Virus record (IMG/VR): IMGVR_UViG_3300012031_000058
Span: 1 to 29,357 of that record
DNA: 29,357 nt
DNA from: a virus
Lineage: Duplodnaviria; Caudoviricetes
Strand: one strand, 5' to 3'
Under the pieces are notes generated by a model that did no database searches, had not been told where the DNA came from, and saw only the letters and a program-made list of their open reading frames with translations. Made by a program: the position numbers and the translations under genes. Below are positions 1 through 8,222 of this stretch, in pieces (position 1 is the first letter of the stretch; each line of letters opens with the position of its first letter).

Positions 1-224
1 CTAAGCCTGCTCGTGTAAAAGCCAGCAGTGAGCAAAAACAAACCGTCTGGGCTAACCGTAACCGCTTGCACCGGCTGTACTGCGGTAGATAGCACGTCGG
101 CCTCTTTTGTAATAGTCCCTGACAAAGGAGGTACTTCTACAGCGCCAAACCCACTGAACGGTCCGGCTGCGGATCCTGCTGCAGCTGCTGATACTGATTC
201 TGATAGTGCTCTTGAGATTGTCAT
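1..224 (-). CDS. Partial gene (runs off the window edge), probable beta-propeller virion/receptor-binding protein
   Basis: Not in the ORF track. ATG at 224 preceded by AAGGA-N6. Open to the window edge: MTISRALSESVSAAAAGSAAGPFSGFGAVEVPPLSGTITKEADVLSTAVQPVQAVTVSPDGLFLLTAGFYTSRL. 'AVTVSPDGLFLLTAG' is a typical WD40/YncE-like blade. Confidence 0.75.
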   Translation of the reverse strand, partial: MTISRALSESVSAAAAGSAAGPFSGFGAVEVPPLSGTITKEADVLSTAVQPVQAVTVSPDGLFLLTAGFYTSRL

Positions 225-233
225 TGCTTATCC

Positions 234-357
234 TTATAGAGAGTAGCCTAGTATTTTGCTGTTGGTGTTGTCACCTACGAAGAACGCGGACAGGTCATCC
301 GCCACCGCCACCACCGAATGGATGTGGAAGGCCTGATAAGGATCCTACTATACTCAC
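234..357 (-). pseudogene. Probable internally deleted remnant of a beta-propeller gene
   Basis: GTG at 357 overlaps the holin stop (GTGA), with GAGG 8 nt upstream. It reads MSIVGSLSGLPHPFGGGGGG* (295..357). The +1 frame continues VAVADDLSAFFVGDNTNSKILGYSL* (stop 234..236), which resembles a terminal propeller blade. Confidence 0.45.
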
Positions 358-788
358 AGTTTTGCCCTCGCTACGCCCTGCCGCTTCTCAAGGGTCCGCA
401 TGGTGCCTAAGCCCAGCAGCCCCATCAGGACAGGGTAGAGTAAATCAGTGTTAACCACCGGAAGTGCCGGAGGCTCGTCCATCGTCATTACAACAACAAA
501 CGATATGAAGGGGTAGAGAATTGTGGCATAGGCCAAAGCCAACCCACACACCCACATGATGAATGGTCTGGCACCAGATACGAATATGGACCCGCTCTCA
601 GCTTGCCGCTCGTTGACCTTTATCTGGGCCAGGCTCCTCTGCAGGTCCGCGTCCAACTCCGCGAGCTCGCCGCGTTGATGCATCTCCAGCAGGGCCAGCT
701 TAGCTTTATCACGTTCTTCTGGATCCGGCCAGACACGATCAATGATCTTGCCGCCGATCCCGAGTATCGCGTCGAGCCCGATAGTCAC
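354..788 (-). CDS. Holin, GTA-type 3TM family
   Basis: N-terminal 'GKIIDRVWPDPEERDKAKL', 'FVSGARPFIMWVCG' and C-terminal 'LMGLLGLGTMRTLEK' motifs with hydrophobic segments typical of 3TM holins. Confidence 0.85.
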   Translation of the reverse strand: MTIGLDAILGIGGKIIDRVWPDPEERDKAKLALLEMHQRGELAELDADLQRSLAQIKVNERQAESGSIFVSGARPFIMWVCGLALAYATILYPFISFVVVMTMDEPPALPVVNTDLLYPVLMGLLGLGTMRTLEKRQGVARAKL

Positions 789-1111
789 TAGTCGAGGCCT
801 AGAACTTCAGCAGCAATCACACTCACATTGGGGCTGGTCGCACCGGAGAGCTTGATGTAGACCGCCATGTTCGCGCCGACCCTGTAGTACTGGTTGTGCC
901 CAGCGTCAAGTGTGGCATCGATATAGGCTACTGAGAAGTCGGAGTCCGCAGAGTTTTCGGACTGGGGGAGAACACCAAGCGACATAGTGCCGCCGCCGAT
1001 GCTGTCCCCCGCACCGATCATGACGGAGACACCAGCGGCGTTCTCGTCGGTGACCAGCAGTAGTTCGTCAGTCACGTTAGTTGTGACCTTAATTATATTA
1101 GATTGCGCCAT
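788..1111 (-). CDS. Small beta-sandwich protein, probable virion/decoration component; paralog of 7892..8179
   Basis: 107 aa, beta-strand pattern, GAGGA RBS, aligns by eye with the 95-aa ORF at 7892..8179. Confidence 0.75.
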   Translation of the reverse strand: MAQSNIIKVTTNVTDELLLVTDENAAGVSVMIGAGDSIGGGTMSLGVLPQSENSADSDFSVAYIDATLDAGHNQYYRVGANMAVYIKLSGATSPNVSVIAAEVLGLD

Positions 1112-1127
1112 CGGTCTATCCTCGTTG

Positions 1128-1153
1128 AATTAAGTATTGTCAAACATTATAGG
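1128..1153 (-). promoter_or_regulatory. Putative -10 element (TATAAT) plus ACTTAATT leader motif
   Basis: Minus strand reads CCTATAATGTTTGACAATACTTAATT in the 43-bp intergenic gap. Confidence 0.45.
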
Positions 1154-1154
1154 A

Positions 1155-4100
1155 CTATTTATTACGCTGCGCACCCTCGACGAACGGCTGCAGTACAGTC
1201 CCGATCACTTCTCCTACATTCTCTGGGGCTTTCTCATTGCCTTGAAGAGCGGAGTCCAGGTAGTCGAGCGGCCGTGTGACGTTGCCTAGTCCAGGGACCG
1301 CGTAGTATGTTCCTGCCACTTTCAAGAAGTTATTCAGCCCCTCTATCGGGGTCACTTCACCTTCTATCGCCCGACCGGCGAAACCTGGGAGCTCCATCGC
1401 AGTCCCGACCGCATCATCAATCAGCGTGCTCGGCTTAAACGAGTTCTGGGAGGGCAGCAGATCCCCAAAGATAGGGATAGTCGCGCCCATGAACCCTGTG
1501 TACCCGAGACCAGCCCACTTCGCCAGCTTCAGCATGAACTCACCCCCATCCTCGTCATCGCCCCACTGCGGGATGTTCATCGCTATGACCTCAGATATCA
1601 TCATCGTTAGCAGAGGAGTCAGGACCAGCGCCTCAAACGCTGGCACACTTACTATCCCCGTGCCGCCTTTGGTGTTGCGATACGCCCGCTGGAACACTGA
1701 GCTGTTGAACCAAGACCCAAACACCACCAGCATCTTCATGTAGTCAGCTTCATTGGATCTGAATATCTTACCTAGGTGCAGGTCCATACCAGAGCCGATA
1801 GTCTCAGCCACACGTACGTCGGCATCGATTATGGCCTTTTGCTCGTCCCCGTGGTTTAGCATGCCCTCTTGATATGTGGCCATCCATGTTGGGTAGGACA
1901 CAATCATATCTAGCATCACGTGAGGGGTGAACCCGTGCTGGGCAAACTTGTTGGATATCTCCTCATACTTGGAGCCGGTCTCGACGCGCTTCAGCATGTC
2001 CGCAGACTCTCGGTTGAGGTGGACCTTCCGGCCTCTCATCTGGGCAGACTTCCGCTCTACAAAATCTCGGTTCTCTTTAAAGTTACCGTGGAAAGAAGTA
2101 GCCGCTGACAGGTAGTTGATGGGGCCCATCTCCGCCATCGAGGGGACCACAGAGGCCAACTGCTGAAGCACATTCTTCACGTTGTACGCAAGGTACATCA
2201 TAGACTTCGCGTACCGCAGCTGCCGCATGATGGCCGCCAGAGTGGTAGACGAATCCGATTCTTTATAATTAGTGGTCAGGCCTTGGATCGACTGCAGTAA
2301 CGCCTTGTCATACCCCTCGCCCATCTTATCAGCGATCATGGCCCGAACGTCTTTATGGTTAAAGATGTGCTGGAGCTCGACCGCGGTTTTAGCATACGCG
2401 ACAAAGTGCGCGTTCTCTTCCACTGTCCGGTATATGTTCTGGACCTCGAGCAGAGGTACCCTCCCTCCGGATCCTTTCCTCTCGATCACCGAACCCACCT
2501 TGCTGTTGACCACTGAGTTCACGGCGCTAAGAGGATCAGAGTCTAGTCGTAGTTTAGTGTCAGCAGCAGACCCACTGTAGAACAGGCGCATGTGGCCACC
2601 ACTCATCGCCTTGCCGTTGACGGTGAATGGCATATTTTGCAGCTTTGCAGGTGCCACTCCTTCTCGGTCATGGGCAGCGTTAAATATGTCCGGCATCATG
2701 TGGTCGCTGTGCCCCCAGATACCTTGGACCATGTCGAGCTCTTCCTCGGACAAGAAGCTCATCATGCTCTCGACATCTTTATCGGTCACATTGTAGCCCT
2801 GTCGTATGGCCTCTCGGCTGGTTTCTGTGCCCCAGTAAACCGTGAGCATGAACCGCTGCCGAGCAGACAGCACCCACTTAGATCCGTCTTCCTTAATCAC
2901 GGTCTGGCCGGACGTCTTACTGTCGGCTAGCTTCCTGAGATCCTTGCCTGCGAACATATCGTCGAGCACTTTGTAGTACTCTTCGGTCTTGGCCAGCTTG
3001 GTGTTCTCCGCGTCTGATATGCGCCGGTAGATGGAGTCAAAGAACGCGCCATCACCTAGGTCTCGGATCATGTTACGCAGAGAAGGCACCAGCATGATCA
3101 TGTGCTGTCTGCCTGCTCGGCCTTGCTTAGTTTTAGTGCTGAGCCATGGGTTTATCTTAGCTTCCATAGCCTTGATCTTTTCCTCAAGCGCAACACGCTG
3201 CGGCGTAGGGGTAGGCCCCATCTGCTCTAGCTTGGCATTCATATCCTCCAGGCCTTGCTCTTTCTTGGACTTCTTCAACCCGAGCTGGGCCAGTAGCCCC
3301 TCACGCTCCACAACAAGCTCTGACTTAGATTCGGTTGCGATCTTGCCTCCAACAAACCGCAGATGTTTAAGCTGGTCGTGGACGCTCTGAAGCTCCTCTA
3401 ATGTCATCTCGTCGAACGATGGAAGTATCTCTGTGCCGGCTTGTAGCCCCGCAATGTTGAGGTCTTTCAAGCTCACATCAACACCGTCTCGTTGCTGGCC
3501 CGCGAGCCAGTCCCCGAACTGCCTAGCCCGTGCTACCCGCGCAGGTTGATTAGGTCGGTTACTCGTGTCATATAACCTGGCGAGCCGGCGGATAGACTGA
3601 GCGAACTCAGGATCCACTGTGCTGGCCTTGTAGACCCTCTTCTGCATATCCTTAATAAGTTTACGAAACTTACCAGCGTCGGACTGAGCTTTCAGTGCGG
3701 CCTTATAGAGGTAGTGGTTAGCGAGCTGCTGCAGTTTGGCTTCGTACGCTTCCTCCATTGTCTTGGCTCTGACAGTGTTCTTGGCAGCACGGACCTCGGC
3801 TCGGTAGAACCGGTTCGGTTTAAGCTCAGAATAAGTCATACCGCTAACAGCTTCCGCAGCCTTAGCTTTCAGGAACTCGATGTCCACATCTGGGGTGGAC
3901 TTGTTGCGCAGCTTAGCCTTAATAGCTTTCAGCTCATCCAGCATCAGCTGTGCCTGCACTTCATTGTGCATAGCATCTCTGGCCTCTTGCTCGATGGACC
4001 CGTCGTTCATTATGTCGCCGTACTTAGCGATCATTATCTTCTCGGCCTCAGCATCAGCAGCAGCCTCCAACCCAATAGAATTGTGGATATCGATTACCAT

Positions 4101-7100
4101 CTCACTCAGCGAGTCAAACCCGAGCTCCTCGACCATAGTTGAGGGATCCTCTCCCCCATTCTTGGCCATGAAATTGAGCTTGGAATTAGCAGGCATAGTC
4201 TCCAGGCCAAGTGCTTCTAGCACCATCGCTCGGTCTATCTTTATGTCCTTAAGGATCCGAATAGCTTGGTACACCGGAGTCACTTCGAGTGTCTCCCGCT
4301 GCTCATCTAATATAGGCTGCTTCTCTTCGTTCCACTCCTTGCTTCTGCGGTACCGGAGCTCTTTCAGCAGCTTCTCGAACAGCGTGGCCTCTGCTTTCTC
4401 TACTCGCTCACTTGCTCGTTTCTGGTGTGCCTCCCACTGCTTATCGGTGAACCCCATACCTTCTTGGTTCTTAAAGAACTGCTCGTACTCGGGACCAGCG
4501 GCCACACCTGCTATCGCCGCGTCAGTGGCCAGCATCCGGTCAAACACCTCGGTGACTTCCTTAGACAGGGGTAGCCCCAGCTGGCGCATGGACTTGTAGA
4601 TTCTTCTCAGCCACTGCCTGAAGTAGCTGAACGCCACTTGCAGGTCTCTAGTGGGGGCTTTGCCCTGCCGCAGGTAATCCTCGAACGTGCGGGCAAACAG
4701 CTCGTGCTCGTTGCGTGTGATCTTGTCGAATGAATCAACCTTCAGCATCTTAAGGATGGCTTTCTGCTTATCCCCCAGCCCATACTTTCTAGCCAGCTGC
4801 TTTTCTGTCTCTAGGAATAGGTGAGACGCCTCGTGCAGAAAAGTGGACTCGTCCGAGGTCTTGCCTAGCCGGATGATTCTCTCATCGTTGGGCAGCATCT
4901 CCATCTCACCCCGAGGCTCTGGTGACGCTCCTTTCTTCTGGGCCAGTATCGTGGCCTCATTCGCTCGGCCAGGGTCAAACGCCGCGTGAATAGATCTGAT
5001 GTCGGCAGGAGAGTAGAGGGCGTGGTTCTTCACCTTGTCATTTCTTTCGCCGGACTCGAACCCCTCGGACACAGTAAAGCCTGAGTACCCTGCCATCTGT
5101 AGGGCCTCTTGGATGACCTCGTCGGACTCTACTGTCTGCCAGTCGCCCCTGCGGATGGCGCTTATTCTCCAGCCGATTGAGCCAGGGATGTCTGAGTCGA
5201 AGTCAGTGCTGAGGATTTGCTGCATAGCGGCCTCTAGCCGGCTAGTGTCTTCTCGGGTGATACTCTCATGGTCTAGGATATCTACGTCTTTAATTAGTAC
5301 GGGGTACACTGTCGGGGTCGGCTGGCCCCCTTCCTCTAGGTCATCAGCGTAAGGGTTTATGAGTCCAGCGTAGTCGGTAGCGAACTCTGGGTCAGCTGAC
5401 ACGAATATGAAGGGTCTGCCCATTCCCTCGTAGTCTGGGATAAATGCCACAATCGTATTGGTTTGGCTGCCGTGGTAGAAGATCTGCTTGATGTTAAAGC
5501 CCATAGACTCAGCTCTGGCCATTCTAGCCTCGAAGGTCATACCTTCTGGGCCAAACTTCTGCAGAGCTCTGGCATACTCGATGCCCTCAGCTATGTTATC
5601 GCCTTGGTACCCAGTAGCGTCTCGGATCAGGCCCAGAGCTTCCTGAGCTTGGGCTAGGTCAATGTCCTCAATTTCCTCGACCGCTATGGTGGGGATCACG
5701 TCTGGGAGCATTAACTCAATTTGAGCGACTAGGTCATCAAAGGACTGATTCTGGAATAGAACTTGGTTGGAAACAACTGACAGCCCTTTTCTAGCTGCCC
5801 GTTCTTGTGTTGTTCCTAGGTCAAACACCTCGTCGATCACGTTCAGAACCTCGGAGATGCTCATGTCCGTGGGGTACTTAGCGGTGCCTACAATCTCTTT
5901 GCGATACTTTTGGTACTCGTCCGGATCTCTGAGCGCACGAATGTCTAGCTTACTGGTTATAAGCGTGAACGCCGCTTCTCTGGACCGCTTCTCGGTCGCG
6001 GTGGTTCTGTCTTCCGCGACCAGCATTGCCTTGACCGCGAACGGGTCCGAGACCAACGTGTCGTAGGCTTCGCCCTCTGCGCGGGATGCGTCATTAAACT
6101 CTTCAACGGTATTGAACCCAGCTTTCTTAGCGAAGAACTCGCTGAGCGGGTCAGAACCAGTGACATCTAGATCACCTTCAGCCCGCATTATGGTCTCCAC
6201 GTCAGTGGACCCTAGATATGAGATGCTGTCCTGGTTTAGGACAATCTTACCTCGTCTGGAAGCTGTTGCTCTAACTCCTCCGTCCACGGCACTGGCTGCC
6301 CCGTCGGGTACGCCATCTCCAGGTATGCCTCCCTTGTAACTGGAATCTGGTATACTCGCATCATTTCCAACAGTGGATCCGACCCAGGTTGGTCGGTTAA
6401 TTTTGCCGGCATGTTCATTGACTAACTCCTGTGCTTTCTTCTGTGTGATTTTCCCATCGCGGTACTTTTTCCAGATGGCTCTTACTTCTAACTGGTTCTC
6501 GGAGACCTGGATCTCTTTTCTCTTACCGCCGTCCATTTTAAAGTTGCCGGTGCCCACCTTACGAGCAGCTTTGTACCGAGCCGTGAATAGCCCCCGCGCA
6601 GCCTCCCAAGTAATAGACTGCATCTGGCGAGGCTGAAGACCCCTTGCCAGAGCGGCTCTCCGGTACGCTTCCGCGTATAAACCGTACGTGCCTTTTGTAC
6701 CAGTGAATTTAGTGGAGCTAGATCCAGCGCCCCCAAAGTTTTGCACCACTTCGAGGTCCTCACCAGCCAAAGGGACCAGCAATGCCGCAGCCACAGCGTG
6801 TGTATCTATCGTGACACTTGTGTTGTCCAGCAGTGGGTTTATTATGTTGTTGTAAAAGTTGCGGACCTTATGCTGGTCCCCGATCTGGTTGCTGATGTTA
6901 TCTTCTGTTGGGTTCTCTAGGGCACTCACAGCTTTAGCGATCGTAGGAACTGAGCTCCACTGGATGGCAGTCTTGGCTCCTTTCTGGGTGAGCATCACCT
7001 CTTTGAAGTCGCCCTCTGGAGATACAATCCGGTGCTCTTGCGAGTTGTGGGCCTCGTCATATATACGGATCCACATGGCTCGCTCTGCGGTCAGATTCAT

Positions 7101-7889
7101 CTCGCTTAGCTTCTTGCCCTTTATAAAGGCCAGCGGCTTCTTGAACTTGGCGCCCCCAAAGATACGGTTTGCGGTCCGCGTCATCTGTGGAGACCACTCC
7201 GTGTTCTGGTGGTCAGTGTAGATATCTACGATCCGCTCACCGAGAGATACGTTCATGTACCAATCTTTCTGCGGGGACATTGCGGCCATCACGCCTGCAA
7301 CAGCCTCTGGACTGTGGCCGTATCGTTCAGAGAGTCTGTCTGTTATAGCTCTAGCACCCTCGTACCACATGGTGGACCGTTGCCGGTCGGCTTCGTCAGT
7401 GTTGTCGTGCAGCCACAGTAGGTTGTCCACCATGTGCTGGACAAACCGTTCGGCCTGCTTCTCTGGAGTGTCGGCTGATTTTATAGGCCGGTAGTTGTTG
7501 TATGCCGTGACCACCTCAATGTTCTTCTGGAAAGTTTTATCTACCCGCTTTTGAGTTTCCTCAGGGAAGTCTATGCCCTCGCCTTTCATGGCTTGGAGCC
7601 CGACAACTAGCGGCGTAGCACGGAAGTCTTCCACGGCTTGGGGGCCGCCAGGTGTGCGAGTAGATAAACTTTTAGGGAGGCTGGCTTGCTCTAGGGTCTG
7701 GGTGGCGTTAGCGATCATCGCGTCCCGCTGGCCCTGAACCTGCTCTATTCGGTCTTGTACAGCGTTGAGCTCGGCCTCTCGCTTCCCGAGACCTTTGCTC
7801 CGGTAGTAAGAGACAAGCGTGTCGAGGCCTGAAGTGTCAAAGCCTTCCAGCGCGTCTTTGTAGTCCAGAAGACATTTATTCAGGCTCAT
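1155..7889 (-). CDS. Large polyvalent internal virion (DNA ejection) protein, C-terminal part: glycosylase-like domain, ADP-ribosyltransferase domain, zincin metallopeptidase, helical ejection core
   Basis: 2244 aa at the end of the ejection cluster. Motifs: WY..MSPQKDW..N / KVRNFYNNI / VTIDTHA / MQSITW (aa ~135-490); FYHGS..FVS.DP.FA.DYA..VYPV..IRSIHAAFDP (ART, aa ~785-980); STFLHEASH..HELFA..FEDYL..GKAP (HExxH at 4821..4835). Confidence 0.85.
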   Translation of the reverse strand: MSLNKCLLDYKDALEGFDTSGLDTLVSYYRSKGLGKREAELNAVQDRIEQVQGQRDAMIANATQTLEQASLPKSLSTRTPGGPQAVEDFRATPLVVGLQAMKGEGIDFPEETQKRVDKTFQKNIEVVTAYNNYRPIKSADTPEKQAERFVQHMVDNLLWLHDNTDEADRQRSTMWYEGARAITDRLSERYGHSPEAVAGVMAAMSPQKDWYMNVSLGERIVDIYTDHQNTEWSPQMTRTANRIFGGAKFKKPLAFIKGKKLSEMNLTAERAMWIRIYDEAHNSQEHRIVSPEGDFKEVMLTQKGAKTAIQWSSVPTIAKAVSALENPTEDNISNQIGDQHKVRNFYNNIINPLLDNTSVTIDTHAVAAALLVPLAGEDLEVVQNFGGAGSSSTKFTGTKGTYGLYAEAYRRAALARGLQPRQMQSITWEAARGLFTARYKAARKVGTGNFKMDGGKRKEIQVSENQLEVRAIWKKYRDGKITQKKAQELVNEHAGKINRPTWVGSTVGNDASIPDSSYKGGIPGDGVPDGAASAVDGGVRATASRRGKIVLNQDSISYLGSTDVETIMRAEGDLDVTGSDPLSEFFAKKAGFNTVEEFNDASRAEGEAYDTLVSDPFAVKAMLVAEDRTTATEKRSREAAFTLITSKLDIRALRDPDEYQKYRKEIVGTAKYPTDMSISEVLNVIDEVFDLGTTQERAARKGLSVVSNQVLFQNQSFDDLVAQIELMLPDVIPTIAVEEIEDIDLAQAQEALGLIRDATGYQGDNIAEGIEYARALQKFGPEGMTFEARMARAESMGFNIKQIFYHGSQTNTIVAFIPDYEGMGRPFIFVSADPEFATDYAGLINPYADDLEEGGQPTPTVYPVLIKDVDILDHESITREDTSRLEAAMQQILSTDFDSDIPGSIGWRISAIRRGDWQTVESDEVIQEALQMAGYSGFTVSEGFESGERNDKVKNHALYSPADIRSIHAAFDPGRANEATILAQKKGASPEPRGEMEMLPNDERIIRLGKTSDESTFLHEASHLFLETEKQLARKYGLGDKQKAILKMLKVDSFDKITRNEHELFARTFEDYLRQGKAPTRDLQVAFSYFRQWLRRIYKSMRQLGLPLSKEVTEVFDRMLATDAAIAGVAAGPEYEQFFKNQEGMGFTDKQWEAHQKRASERVEKAEATLFEKLLKELRYRRSKEWNEEKQPILDEQRETLEVTPVYQAIRILKDIKIDRAMVLEALGLETMPANSKLNFMAKNGGEDPSTMVEELGFDSLSEMVIDIHNSIGLEAAADAEAEKIMIAKYGDIMNDGSIEQEARDAMHNEVQAQLMLDELKAIKAKLRNKSTPDVDIEFLKAKAAEAVSGMTYSELKPNRFYRAEVRAAKNTVRAKTMEEAYEAKLQQLANHYLYKAALKAQSDAGKFRKLIKDMQKRVYKASTVDPEFAQSIRRLARLYDTSNRPNQPARVARARQFGDWLAGQQRDGVDVSLKDLNIAGLQAGTEILPSFDEMTLEELQSVHDQLKHLRFVGGKIATESKSELVVEREGLLAQLGLKKSKKEQGLEDMNAKLEQMGPTPTPQRVALEEKIKAMEAKINPWLSTKTKQGRAGRQHMIMLVPSLRNMIRDLGDGAFFDSIYRRISDAENTKLAKTEEYYKVLDDMFAGKDLRKLADSKTSGQTVIKEDGSKWVLSARQRFMLTVYWGTETSREAIRQGYNVTDKDVESMMSFLSEEELDMVQGIWGHSDHMMPDIFNAAHDREGVAPAKLQNMPFTVNGKAMSGGHMRLFYSGSAADTKLRLDSDPLSAVNSVVNSKVGSVIERKGSGGRVPLLEVQNIYRTVEENAHFVAYAKTAVELQHIFNHKDVRAMIADKMGEGYDKALLQSIQGLTTNYKESDSSTTLAAIMRQLRYAKSMMYLAYNVKNVLQQLASVVPSMAEMGPINYLSAATSFHGNFKENRDFVERKSAQMRGRKVHLNRESADMLKRVETGSKYEEISNKFAQHGFTPHVMLDMIVSYPTWMATYQEGMLNHGDEQKAIIDADVRVAETIGSGMDLHLGKIFRSNEADYMKMLVVFGSWFNSSVFQRAYRNTKGGTGIVSVPAFEALVLTPLLTMMISEVIAMNIPQWGDDEDGGEFMLKLAKWAGLGYTGFMGATIPIFGDLLPSQNSFKPSTLIDDAVGTAMELPGFAGRAIEGEVTPIEGLNNFLKVAGTYYAVPGLGNVTRPLDYLDSALQGNEKAPENVGEVIGTVLQPFVEGAQRNK
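6236..6418 (-). CDS. Nested out-of-frame small acidic protein (candidate immunity/inhibitor)
   Basis: 60 aa in the +1 frame of the 2244-aa gene, with AGGAG 7 nt upstream of ATG. Globular-looking sequence (DPLLEMM..IPVTREAYLEMAY..PWTEELEQQLPDE), while the host frame here is a low-complexity G/D/S/A linker. Confidence 0.7.
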   Translation of the reverse strand: MNMPAKLTDQPGSDPLLEMMRVYQIPVTREAYLEMAYPTGQPVPWTEELEQQLPDEVRLS

Positions 7890-7891
7890 AG

Positions 7892-8179
7892 TTAGCTGTA
7901 CTCAGCCACCAGTATCGAGACAGCTGCTGATGCTCCGCTGCACGTGCCGAAGAGCTCCATGTTGACCCCGATGGTGTATGTGGCGGTCCCGCCAGCTCCT
8001 AAGTCCGTGCTTAGCGTTTCAATGACGCCGGTGCTCTCAGATGGTCTGGTGCCGATAGTGAGAGTGCCGCTGTCCAGATCAGACGCAGCCCGCACCACTA
8101 TAGAAAACCCAGCGTGACCCGCCGGAACTATCCCAAGGGATGTGGTAGTCGTGCCAGTTAAAGTTATTTCCCGAGCCAT
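7892..8179 (-). CDS. Small beta-sandwich protein, paralog of 788..1111
   Basis: 95 aa, AGGAG RBS, shared motifs G.S.....GT..G..P.SE and L.AG....Y..G.NM......SGA....VS...AE. Confidence 0.75.
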   Translation of the reverse strand: MAREITLTGTTTTSLGIVPAGHAGFSIVVRAASDLDSGTLTIGTRPSESTGVIETLSTDLGAGGTATYTIGVNMELFGTCSGASAAVSILVAEYS

Positions 8180-8190
8180 GTCGTTCTCCT

Positions 8191-8211
8191 AATTAAGTTT
8201 GGATAATATCA
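8191..8211 (-). promoter_or_regulatory. Putative extended -10 promoter (TGATATTAT) plus ACTTAATT leader motif
   Basis: Minus strand reads TGATATTATCCAAACTTAATTAGGAG in the 43-bp gap. Confidence 0.5.
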
Positions 8212-8222
8212 CAGGTACTACA

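Noticed and set aside
1-6000. Apparent abundance of CTAG
   Set aside because: A rough hand count (about 26 in the first 6 kb) is close to random expectation; it shows only a lack of depletion
5957-6763. Other same-strand out-of-frame ORFs in the giant gene (5957..6166, 6488..6763)
   Set aside because: R/S/K-rich non-globular composition, overlapping well-formed domains of the main frame, unlike 6236..6418
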